A stretch of 60,996 nt of DNA, from IMG/VR virus record IMGVR_UViG_2788500553_000001, positions 1 to 60,996 of that record. The stretch is one strand, 5' to 3'. Below the pieces are notes generated by a model. It saw only the letters and a list, made by a program, of their open reading frames with translations. It was not told the origin of the DNA and did not search any database. Shown piece after piece: positions 44,601 through 52,852 of this stretch. The translations under genes were made by a program, and so were the position numbers. The stretch is from a virus. Numbering within the stretch: position 1 is the first letter of the stretch; each line of letters starts with the position of its first letter.

Positions 44601-46010
44601 GTCGAAGACGCGTACGAGCAGGTCGTCGAGAACAACGGCGCGAAGACGACCCGGAAACGCCTCGAACAGCGGCTCCGTGGGATGCCTGAGGCGAGCGATC
44701 CCGAGGATATCCGCGATGTCGACTTTGATGAGGTTCCGGAAACGCGGCAGAATACGGTTTGGAGTGACTTTGACCGTGAAACGGCCGTCGAAGTCGCGGC
44801 GCACGTCGAGGCGCGAAACGGCGACTTCAACGAGTGGGGCGCGTGGAACGACTTTCTCGATAACCTCACCGACGACGAGATCCGCGACGCGTTGGAGAAG
44901 GCGGTGTTCGAGAAAGACGAGCGCAACTTCAACTCGTTCGATGACCCGCATGACTACGTCGACGGCGTCGACCACGACGAGGACAGCGTCAACCCCGGCG
45001 AGTTGAATAACGGCGCCGCGGCGTTGCTGTCGCGGGCGCCAGAAGGGACGGCCGACGACCTCATCGAGCAGCTCGACGAACGAGCGATCGGGCAGCAGCG
45101 CGAATACTCGGTGTATCGGATGGGCGCGTCGTTCCTGTCCGACCCCGAGGATCGCCGGCGGATGTACGAAGAGGGAAACGTCGACCACAAAGCGGCGAAC
45201 CTCCAGTTCGACGAAACGATGACGCCGATGGATCGGATGCGAGCCATTGGTAAAATCCACACCCGAACGACCTCCTCGAAAAACTCCTACGCGGTGCGAG
45301 CAATGATGGCGGGCATCGAAGACGGGCCGCACGTCAACTACTACAACGACAAAAAGCCGATCGCCCCGATCGAACCGCCGGACTCAGTCAAAAACGCGCT
45401 GGGGGATCATCAGGACCGCATCGCCGACCAGATCGAGGCGGCTAACGAGGGCGGCTCGCCGATGATGAACTCAAACATCGCTGATGAGGTCAACCCCGAC
45501 GGCACGATCACCATCTACCGCGGCGCGTCGTCGAAGTACACGGGGATGTCGTCGGTTCAGTCGTGGTCGACCGACTACACGACGGCCAGCAGCGGGATGT
45601 TCAACGGGCAGGGCGTTATGGAGTATGACGCCGACCCCGAGGAAATCGTCGCGGTTCAGGGCCTGACCCACGATCAGCACCCGACCGAGGAGGAAGTCAC
45701 GATGCTCGGCGGTGCGATTGACCCCGAGGACATCCGCGTCGCAGAGGGTGACCCGATCGACGAGGACGAGCTGCTGGAGAAGCTCTTCAAAGTCGACCCG
45801 TCGACGCCGCGGTTCGGGGTGCTTGGCCCCGAAGGCGTCCATGCGGCGGCCAGCGACGGCACGCTCGATCCGGGGATGTTCGAGCGGTATCGAATCACCG
45901 AGAACGGCTACATCTTCGACGCCGAAACCGAGGACTACGTCGGTATTTGGAACGACGACGGCGGGCAGGCGGACTTGACTGAGTCGGCGGCCGCAGAGGT
46001 CGCGGGGTGA
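41616..46010 (+). CDS. XkdF-like prohead protease fused to a shared HPRD domain, SH3-like repeats and a C-terminal ADP-ribosyltransferase
   Basis: N-terminal ATGAVMIPNEVDRQRD...LDGFSIGG...EVSDVDVPA; C-terminal YRG...SWS...EEE. Confidence 0.75.
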   Translation: MTDTLQKSVKIEKVDTEARTATGAVMIPNEVDRQRDFARPDAIRRMVEPNPDDGVLHVAFPDDAAELTRYEVVDEPTTIGETEFPAGTLIATRKYHDDALWQLVRDGILDGFSIGGAVFDEREYGSAAEVPRDVRFPPAIEEGPATEIVDGRISEVSDVDVPAVPRATFRELGKLGKSVIDDISGKSEFVDVFTERGHDPDDARRLWRYLDEQTDANVSPSGVPEPAETAETREQSPVNRAAGMILDALRTLTRAADGDGGQSDIDALAEQVDVLPPGLDSISTAWLNRWAEWIAAGRPEITETATEATKVEKDFNPALHPRDPDTGQFVERRFDLPDDAPNFGEMSTKETLAYIEENGGPVDPIFDPDANVTVDGVPNNATSVEEIPEEADEADPGRLLDVDALSGGDEVVIDTEQGVTMRGTVEGSTDDGWIDLDQGDDGINMVQVGDVAEVRADGEVSDEAVVDASTVDTDEFEEFDPHVIDDIEEGMTVEADVPSKPENPTGEVTDTGDGWIEIDGEEAVFEYQSEGVRVSPDDLDDLDPSINFDEYDDITELPDDASVSLYSPEEGLIDDAEVAYAGDFSVAVENENGYYTFNAEDVDGFGDPDEFDPTIDEQLTEQVSQGQVVRVDTATTGSIEGSVVAVGSSTVGVDLGPGDGVHTVDDLDVVDYDVVDSGDDEDEIDTGDIPPVVPDSATPVEPADVSTGDRVGLFTAEGAFDYEEDEYHEGEVVNTLDGGGLVLDEGGEDTNHFSPFEIDEAYDLGDTDDEQDLVFDTVVEPQDVDEGDRVEIDISEGVMEPGVEPGDTIRGEVTNQGGTNLDIETDDGQSYSLVGFEQEEIRLGTPEDDGDTSDTGETAETATDAAVFGPGEEIDDPASLDVGDTAYIDADWMDEPKQVEVTWSPDYTDGMEVDTELGGELTVSDEEYTFYEDSSSGFVGGYTIPSTETLDTNVDHDEAVAFNEELAERVDSGDPTDINATTYNTYAGSIQDPNLVEDAYEQVVENNGAKTTRKRLEQRLRGMPEASDPEDIRDVDFDEVPETRQNTVWSDFDRETAVEVAAHVEARNGDFNEWGAWNDFLDNLTDDEIRDALEKAVFEKDERNFNSFDDPHDYVDGVDHDEDSVNPGELNNGAAALLSRAPEGTADDLIEQLDERAIGQQREYSVYRMGASFLSDPEDRRRMYEEGNVDHKAANLQFDETMTPMDRMRAIGKIHTRTTSSKNSYAVRAMMAGIEDGPHVNYYNDKKPIAPIEPPDSVKNALGDHQDRIADQIEAANEGGSPMMNSNIADEVNPDGTITIYRGASSKYTGMSSVQSWSTDYTTASSGMFNGQGVMEYDADPEEIVAVQGLTHDQHPTEEEVTMLGGAIDPEDIRVAEGDPIDEDELLEKLFKVDPSTPRFGVLGPEGVHAAASDGTLDPGMFERYRITENGYIFDAETEDYVGIWNDDGGQADLTESAAAEVAG

Positions 46011-46016
46011 TCGACG

Positions 46017-47333
46017 ATGAGTGTGCCGGAGTCCGTATGGAAAGCGCGGAGCGCTGTCAAACAGCAGTCCCTCATCGATGCCGCGTCGAGCCGTGAGGAG
46101 TTGATCGAGGCGATTCCCGTCTGGCCGGACTCACTTGACCGCATCACGGAGGCGTGGCTGAACCGATGGGCCGAGTGGGTCGCGGCGGGGCGGCCGCTTG
46201 TCGAGAGTTACGATGGCGCCGAAGTCGAAAAGTTCGATCCGGCACTCCACCCGCGCGACCCCGAGACGGGGCAGTTCGTCGAGCGGCCGTTCGATGTGCC
46301 GAGTGATGCCCCGGACTTCGGCGGGATGTCGACGAAGGAGACGCTGACGTACCTCGACGAAAACGATGCCAACGTCTCGGCGGTGTTCGATCCGGAGTCA
46401 GAGGTAACCGTCGACGGGGTGCCGAACCGCGCGACGAGTATCGACGACGTGCCGGACGATCCGGAGGAGGCGAATCCGGAGCCGGTCGGTGATACGGCGC
46501 CCGATGACGCGCACTTTACTCGCGACGATCACGAAGAGTGGGAGTCGACGACGCTCGACGACATCACAAGCCGGCAGTCGATATACGACGCCGACGACGC
46601 GTCTACGGGCGTGACGGCCACGTCGATGGAAGTTGTCGAGTTGGAGGATGGAACGACCGGCTTCGTTACGCACTACGGAGACGACGCCGATCTGCCGGCA
46701 GACGCGGATGCCGTCGACGGGGCCGACCCCCGAACGGCCGACCGGCAGATGATCGCGTATGAGGGCAGTCGGCGCATCGGTGCCGAGTTAGACGACGAGT
46801 TGGCGGCGTTCATCGGAAATACGGTGCCGCCGCACACCCACATCGACGGCGACGGCTCCCACGAGGCGGTCATCGGCGAAGAGTTCGACGGCGATCGCGT
46901 GTGGGGCGCCGCCGGCCAGTCGGTCGACGAAGCGATGGCGATCGACGCCGCCGCGGTTCAGATGATCGTCGGAAACAACGACGCTCACGGCGATAACGTG
47001 ATGGTCGACGACGACGGCAACCTCGGGTTCATCGACATCGATCACTCGGCCGGACGGCTATCGAACGAGGATCCCGGCACCGGTTCGGGGAATAACGCCG
47101 ATCGCGCTCTTAATCGCGCCGCGAAGTCGTTAGAGGTCGTTACATCGCTAAGTCACAGCGAGTTGGAGCGGGACATCCTGAATCGGAGTCGGGCGTTGGC
47201 TCGTGAGTTGGATACGGAGGCGTTCAAGTCGGAGTTACGCGAGGAACTGTCGGCGTGGGACGATGAGTTGGTCGAGAACGTCGTCGTGAATATTGAGGAG
47301 CTTGCGGACCCAAACATGACGGTGACACGATAA
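46017..47333 (+). CDS. HPRD-domain protein with C-terminal PI3K/PI4K/HipA-like kinase domain
   Basis: N-terminus paralogous to part of 41616..46010; GNNDAHGDN catalytic loop and FIDIDH. Confidence 0.7.
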   Translation: MSVPESVWKARSAVKQQSLIDAASSREELIEAIPVWPDSLDRITEAWLNRWAEWVAAGRPLVESYDGAEVEKFDPALHPRDPETGQFVERPFDVPSDAPDFGGMSTKETLTYLDENDANVSAVFDPESEVTVDGVPNRATSIDDVPDDPEEANPEPVGDTAPDDAHFTRDDHEEWESTTLDDITSRQSIYDADDASTGVTATSMEVVELEDGTTGFVTHYGDDADLPADADAVDGADPRTADRQMIAYEGSRRIGAELDDELAAFIGNTVPPHTHIDGDGSHEAVIGEEFDGDRVWGAAGQSVDEAMAIDAAAVQMIVGNNDAHGDNVMVDDDGNLGFIDIDHSAGRLSNEDPGTGSGNNADRALNRAAKSLEVVTSLSHSELERDILNRSRALARELDTEAFKSELREELSAWDDELVENVVVNIEELADPNMTVTR

Positions 47334-47560
47334 TGCTGCTCATCAAACACCGAACGGACGGCGGCGAGTACGAGCCGACTGCGGTGTACGTCGACGGCGA
47401 GTTGCGTGGCGAGTCGGCGTTCGTCGACGCGATGGCGTTCATGGAAGGCGACGACGAAGACGCGGTCGCGGAGTCGTTGGCGGACGGATACACGAAGGTC
47501 GTGTCGCATCCGGACGGCGAACCGCTCCCGAGTGAGTGGCGTTCAGTTATCGTCGAGTGA
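47333..47560 (+). CDS. Small acidic protein coupled to the kinase gene
   Basis: TAATG overlap with the kinase stop; 75 aa. Confidence 0.65.
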   Translation: MLLIKHRTDGGEYEPTAVYVDGELRGESAFVDAMAFMEGDDEDAVAESLADGYTKVVSHPDGEPLPSEWRSVIVE

Positions 47561-47603
47561 GTTGGTGGCGTAGCGTTCGCGAAGTGATACTCATTAGTGA
47601 TAC

Positions 47604-48536
47604 ATGGATGCCGAGGACCTAGAAAAGCCGTTTACAGGGCCAGACGGACAGGAGTTCGATGATTTCGGCAGTTGTGTAATGACGCTGACGGAAGACGGCG
47701 ACATGAGCCGCGACGAAGCCGAGCAGATGTGCGGCTCGTGGATGGAAGGCAAGTCCGCCGATGACGCCGGTAATGCGGCCGAGGACACGGACAAGGGCGA
47801 CGACATGGATGGCGACGATGATGAGAGCCCGTATTACGACAACTGGATCGAACGCCTCGATGAGGGCGAGGATCCGTGTTGGGACGGGTATGAAATGGTC
47901 GGCCTGAAGCCGAACGGAAACCCGCGGTGTGTGCCGGTCGACGAGAAGGAGTCGGCCGTCGCGGAAAAGGTCGGGCAGACGCTGTCGAAGGAGAACGTTC
48001 GGCGGGCGAAGGCCACGCACGACATGGCCGAGAAGATGTTGAAAGCGCAGGGTGTGAGTTGCCATAAAGGCGACTCGCGGATGTACGACGAAGACAAGAG
48101 CGACGATTTCTCGCTCGGTGATGTCGCGAAGGCGATGACCGGAGTACCGGATAGCGCGTCAACTGACGCTGCGGATGTGTTCAAACAAATGGACGGAGAC
48201 GCACCTGAGTGGGCCACCGGCCTGCTCGACGACGTGGAACAGATCAGCAAGAGCATGGACGAGATCGAGGACCGCGTCGATGCGGTCGAGGCGGAAGTCG
48301 AAAAGGCCGACGCCGGCGACGGTGAGGAAACGCCGGAGTGGGCTGACGGCCTAACGGAGAAGGTCGAGTCGCTCCGCGAGGACGTGGAGGCGCTCGATGA
48401 CCGTGTCGATCGCGTGTCGAAGGCGACTGCCGGCACGCAGCAGGTCGGCGGTTCCGAGGAGTCGGGCGGCGAGGACGGCGACGATGAGCTGTCGGAGACG
48501 GAGAAGGCCAAGCGAAAGCTGTTCCTCGGCGCGTAA
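47604..48536 (+). CDS. Capsid scaffolding protein (putative)
   Basis: Immediately upstream of the capsid gene; acidic coiled coil; N-terminal Cys-containing motifs. Confidence 0.75.
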   Translation: MDAEDLEKPFTGPDGQEFDDFGSCVMTLTEDGDMSRDEAEQMCGSWMEGKSADDAGNAAEDTDKGDDMDGDDDESPYYDNWIERLDEGEDPCWDGYEMVGLKPNGNPRCVPVDEKESAVAEKVGQTLSKENVRRAKATHDMAEKMLKAQGVSCHKGDSRMYDEDKSDDFSLGDVAKAMTGVPDSASTDAADVFKQMDGDAPEWATGLLDDVEQISKSMDEIEDRVDAVEAEVEKADAGDGEETPEWADGLTEKVESLREDVEALDDRVDRVSKATAGTQQVGGSEESGGEDGDDELSETEKAKRKLFLGA

Positions 48537-48578
48537 CGCGGTAGCGGCGATCAACTGACGGTTTTCTCAACGATAACG

Positions 48579-49529
48579 ATGAGCGACGTGTCTCGTAGCG
48601 ACGCACGGAGTATCGACAAGCAGATCGACCTCGACGGCGAACTCGCCGGCGGCGTCCTGCCCGAGGACCTTTTCGATGAGTTCTACGAACTCGTTCAGAA
48701 CGAGTCCGTACTCCTCGACGAGGTCCGGACGGTGGACCTCCCTCGGCCGCAGATGAAGATCCCGCGGATCGGCGTCGGCGAGCGGATGATCCGCGAATCC
48801 GGCGAGCGGGTCGACAACTCGGAGACGGAAGACGTGACGACTGACACGGTGCCGATGTCGGTCACCAAGATCGACCTCAAGTGGTCGCTGCCGCAGGAGG
48901 CGGTCGAGGACACGATCGACGACGTGCCGGACATCGTCATGGAGCAGATGAGCCAGCAGTTCGCGGTCGACACCGAGGAGCTGGCCCTGAAGGGCGACGA
49001 GGCGGAGTCTGACCCGTTTATCGGCATCGAGGACGGGTGGTTCACTCTCGCGTCGGCTCGCGGGGCGCCCACCTACTCGCTGGCGGACTCGAACGGTAAC
49101 CCCCAGCCGGTCAGCCCGGAGAAGCTCAACGAGGCGATGCGGGCGCTGGAGCCGAAGTACCTGCGTGACGAGCCGGCTTTCCTCGTGAACACCCATCACG
49201 TTAACCAGTACTTCGGTGAACTGGTCGACCGCGAGGACGGCCTCGGCGTGGCAGTCATCCGCGGTGAGGAGGAACACAATCCGTTCGGTCACGACATCAT
49301 CGCCTCCCCGGTCTTCCCGCTCGATAAGGCGATGTTCACGACGACGGATAATCTCATCTACGGGCTCCACCGCGACGTGGAAGTCGACGTGCTCGACGAG
49401 TCCGACGAGGTCTTCGACAAGGACCTCTTCGCCAAGTACGCGATCCGCGCTCGCCTCGACTTCCAGATCGAGGACGAGAACGCGGCACTCGTGATGACCG
49501 ACATCGAGGACCCGACGATCAACGCCTAA
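48579..49529 (+). CDS. Major capsid protein (HK97 fold)
   Basis: 316 aa; GGVLPEDLFDEF...Q.ES.LL, ALEPKY, NLIYGLHRD, R.DFQIED. Confidence 0.9.
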   Translation: MSDVSRSDARSIDKQIDLDGELAGGVLPEDLFDEFYELVQNESVLLDEVRTVDLPRPQMKIPRIGVGERMIRESGERVDNSETEDVTTDTVPMSVTKIDLKWSLPQEAVEDTIDDVPDIVMEQMSQQFAVDTEELALKGDEAESDPFIGIEDGWFTLASARGAPTYSLADSNGNPQPVSPEKLNEAMRALEPKYLRDEPAFLVNTHHVNQYFGELVDREDGLGVAVIRGEEEHNPFGHDIIASPVFPLDKAMFTTTDNLIYGLHRDVEVDVLDESDEVFDKDLFAKYAIRARLDFQIEDENAALVMTDIEDPTINA

Positions 49530-49555
49530 CGGCGTAACACACCTCACGTCAAACC

Positions 49556-49771
49556 ATGAGTGATCGAGGTCACGGGTCGAGTACGGACGCACGGATTCGC
49601 GATTTATACGAGGACGGCCGGCCGCTTTCGATGGCGGTCGAGCGCCTCGCGTCGGATCCTGATCCGGCCGACCTGGACGGCGGTGAGCTGTGGTATAACA
49701 CGTCGGCCGACGAGTATCGCGGCTACGAAGCCGGCACCGGCATCGTCTCGATCGGAACGACGGCGGTGTAA
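49556..49771 (+). CDS. Small head decoration/fibre-like protein
   Basis: DP..LDGGELWYNT motif; position after the capsid gene. Confidence 0.6.
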   Translation: MSDRGHGSSTDARIRDLYEDGRPLSMAVERLASDPDPADLDGGELWYNTSADEYRGYEAGTGIVSIGTTAV

Positions 49772-49809
49772 CGCTTCGATAGCCGCGGGACGCCCTCAAC
49801 CCCGAATTT

Positions 49810-50418
49810 ATGGCGAACGACGTACTGACTGTTGAAGAACTCAAGCGCGAAGTACCGTACGATGCGGCGTCGCTCGGGATGACGGATGCCGAGTATCAAG
49901 CCGTCATCGAGAAGGCTGGCGACGCGGCGGTCGAGCGGGTGACCGAGTGGGTCGGGGGTGACTTGACGCGATCGACGACGACGGAAACCCTCGCTCGACC
50001 GCCGAACGTGCCGGCGACGGATCTGCCGTTGTCTAACGTCCCTGTCTCCGATGTCTCTGCGGTTTCGATCGATACGTGGCGTGTAGACGGTGCCGATGTT
50101 GAAATCGCAGAGACGGTCGTTACGCCGACGCATCTGGAGTTGACGCCTGACGCTGAGCGCGACGCATGGCCGACGAAGCGCCGGTCGATCGAGGTGACGT
50201 ATACACATGGCCTCGACGACGTGCCGGGGCCGGTGGAAGAGGCGATCGTTCGCCTCACGCGCCGGCGGCTCCATAACCAGTATGCCGACGGCGTCACCTC
50301 GGAGTCGATCGACGGCTCCACCTCTTACGAGTCGGATCAGGCGTTGTTGCGGGCGATCCGGAACGATGTAAAGCAGTTCGAGGTCGACTCGTACTACGAA
50401 GGCGCGATGCTGATATGA
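49810..50418 (+). CDS. Head-tail adaptor
   Basis: IEVTYTHG...PGPVEEA...VTSESIDG. Confidence 0.8.
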   Translation: MANDVLTVEELKREVPYDAASLGMTDAEYQAVIEKAGDAAVERVTEWVGGDLTRSTTTETLARPPNVPATDLPLSNVPVSDVSAVSIDTWRVDGADVEIAETVVTPTHLELTPDAERDAWPTKRRSIEVTYTHGLDDVPGPVEEAIVRLTRRRLHNQYADGVTSESIDGSTSYESDQALLRAIRNDVKQFEVDSYYEGAMLI

Positions 50419-50768
50419 CCCGGCATCGCCACACGCTGAATCGCCCGCACCGGGCGGTGATCAAGCGGCGGTCGCAGACCGGCACCAACGAGATCGGCGA
50501 GCCGCTGTACGAGACACAGGTCGTCGCCGAGGACGTGCCGTGTTCGTTCAAGTCGGAGTCGACCGAGTTCATCCGCGAGGACAGCGGCGAGGAGGTTCAA
50601 CGTCCGGCGTCGGCCCGCTTCGCCCCGGATGTCGACCTCCGTGAAGGCGACACAGTCGAGATTGATGCCGCGCCGACGGCGTTCGAGGTGCGTGGGATCG
50701 AGGAGAACCGGATGCCTCGGTTCGGCACGGTCGCGTCGATCCGCGCGACGTTAAACCCGGTTGACTGA
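50415..50768 (+). CDS. Head closure protein
   Basis: NEIGEP, DLREGD.VE, FEV.G; position. Confidence 0.75.
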   Translation: MTRHRHTLNRPHRAVIKRRSQTGTNEIGEPLYETQVVAEDVPCSFKSESTEFIREDSGEEVQRPASARFAPDVDLREGDTVEIDAAPTAFEVRGIEENRMPRFGTVASIRATLNPVD

Positions 50769-50770
50769 CG

Positions 50771-51271
50771 ATGGCTGAGTTTCGGATGGACCTCGGCGAC
50801 CTTTCGGTCGACGAGTTGGTGCGTGCCTTAGACCGCGCGCCGGACGCCTTAGCGGAGGAGATGGAACAGGCCGCGGTCGACATCGGCGAACGGATCGCCG
50901 GCGAAGCACGGCGGAACGCGCCGACGGGCGTCTCGAACGACCTCGAATCGAGTATCGAGGCCGCCGTCATCGAGACGGGGCAAGAGAAAGTCGGCATCGC
51001 GGTCGGGTCGAACCAAGACCACGCGGCGCCGCAGGAGTACGGCACCGATCCGGGCCACTTTCCCCCGCCGTCGGAACTCCGGCGGTGGGCTGAGGTCGTG
51101 TTAGACGCCGATGAGCCGGAGACGGCGGCGTTCCTCGTCGCACGGAGTATCTCGCGAACGGGGCTCGAAGCGCAGCCGTACCTTCGGCCGGCGTTCGAGG
51201 ATAACATCGACTGGGCGATTGACCGCATCGATCAGGCGATCGAGGACGCGCTTGACAGAGTCGGACTATGA
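50771..51271 (+). CDS. HK97 gp10-like tail completion protein
   Basis: [27 protein letters not shown]. Confidence 0.85.
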
Positions 51272-51693
51272 CCCTGCGCGCTGACGACGTACAAATCGAG
51301 GCGATCGGTCGGTTAGAGTCGGCGCTGTCGGTCCCGTCGGAGCATATCGTGCCGGTCGCGGTGGCGCAGAGGAACGACGACCTCGATCCCCGTGTCGCGG
51401 TCGGCGCCTCGCTCACCGGCACAGACCGAGAGAACTTGCGGCAGAGCGGGTCCGCGACGGTTCGCGTGGTAGTGGACGGCACCGAGGAGTACGTCGAGAA
51501 CAACGGCACGCTCGCGTTGACGCGGTTGCTCTCTGACGTGGTCGATGAGTTGACGCAGCACAGCGACGGCTGGCGCTCGACGGGCGTGAGCCGGCAAGAA
51601 GAGGTCGCGTGGTCGGACGCGATAAACCGCTACCTCGGCGTCGTCGAGATTGGCGTCGAGGCGAGCGGGCTTCATCCGACATATCAGAATTAA
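51268..51693 (+). CDS. Tail terminator (putative)
   Basis: Position between gp10-like and tail tube genes; 141 aa. Confidence 0.6.
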
Positions 51694-51699
51694 CGATCC

Positions 51700-52236
51700 A
51701 TGAGTACGACTGAAACTTCCAGCAGCAGCGAAGTTGAGGGGAGTATCGTTAATGTCATCCATGTCGATGACTCGGGAAGTGATCCGGTGCGGACGGTTCT
51801 CGCGTTGGCGACGAAGGATGACCTTTCCGTTTCCATCGACGAGGGAACGGACTCCTTCGACCCGGCGAACGCTCGCCGGACGCAGCGGTACAGGACGAAC
51901 AATCAGATCGACATCGAAGTGACGCAGGCGCTGTCGACGGATCAGTCGGCGCTGAACCTGCTCGGCATCGTCGACGACAGCGGGGCGCTCGACTTCTCGT
52001 CGGATGCGCGCGAACTCGGTTCGGACGCCTACCTCGAGATCGCGTACTCGAGTGATGAACTCGACTACTCCAACGATCCCGGCCCCTCCGAGTTCGAGTT
52101 AGTCCATCGTGCCAGCGATGTCGAGGTGCTGGTTAACGACATCGACCCGAGTACGACGCCGCCGACGATCGCGTTTACCGCGATGGTCGAGGGCGACTTC
52201 ATCGTCAACGCCGCTTCGATCGGCTCGACCGCCTAA
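51700..52236 (+). CDS. Major tail (tube) protein (putative)
   Basis: Position; beta-rich acidic 178 aa. Confidence 0.7.
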   Translation: MSTTETSSSSEVEGSIVNVIHVDDSGSDPVRTVLALATKDDLSVSIDEGTDSFDPANARRTQRYRTNNQIDIEVTQALSTDQSALNLLGIVDDSGALDFSSDARELGSDAYLEIAYSSDELDYSNDPGPSEFELVHRASDVEVLVNDIDPSTTPPTIAFTAMVEGDFIVNAASIGSTA

Positions 52237-52245
52237 CGCCATCCC

Positions 52246-52674
52246 ATGAGTATTGAAAACCCCGATTCTGCGACCGAGGCACTCGACACCCTCACCGACG
52301 AACAGGAGGCCGCCGAACAGCAGCGTGAGGAATACGCGACGACGAAGGCACGGCTCGAACAGAAGCGGTCGCAGCGCCGCCGCATGGTCGAAGTTCTCGA
52401 TGAGCCGGTCGAGTTCCGTCCCGTCGGCGTCGGCGTTGCCCGCCGCGCGATGCGGCTGCGAAGTCGTGCGATGGACGGCTCGGCCGACGCGGAAGAAGCG
52501 CTGATCGATCTCGTGTTCGAGACGCTGGCCGATCATGCGGTTGATGACGAGATGGATGAGGAGTTCTGGGAAGGCTTCTCGATGTCGACGGTTCAGTCGG
52601 CGTTCGAGGAGCTTGTAATGGCCGAGTTGGACATCGAGGATCAGGAAGCGATCGAGGACTTTCGCGAGGTCTGA
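52246..52674 (+). CDS. Tail assembly chaperone (short form)
   Basis: Upstream of the tape measure gene; ends DFREV with TTT-CGC. Confidence 0.8.
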   Translation: MSIENPDSATEALDTLTDEQEAAEQQREEYATTKARLEQKRSQRRRMVEVLDEPVEFRPVGVGVARRAMRLRSRAMDGSADAEEALIDLVFETLADHAVDDEMDEEFWEGFSMSTVQSAFEELVMAELDIEDQEAIEDFREV

Positions 52675-52852
52675 TCACGGCGTCGGCTACGCGCAGATGC
52701 TCCAGTCGTACGGCAAAACAGCCGACGAGTGGGGCGACCTGCCGCCGGAAGTTCGCTATTTCCACGAGCAGGCGTGGATCGAACAGGGCGAACGAAACCA
52801 GTCGAACGGCCAAGCCAGCGGCGATTTTTCGGAAGGTGAACTGACATGGTAG
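52660..52852 (+). CDS. +1 frameshift extension of the tail assembly chaperone
   Basis: Slippery TTT-CGC at 52660-52665; the +1 frame stays open (ARSDHGVGYAQMLQSYGK...W) to TAG 52852. Confidence 0.7.
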
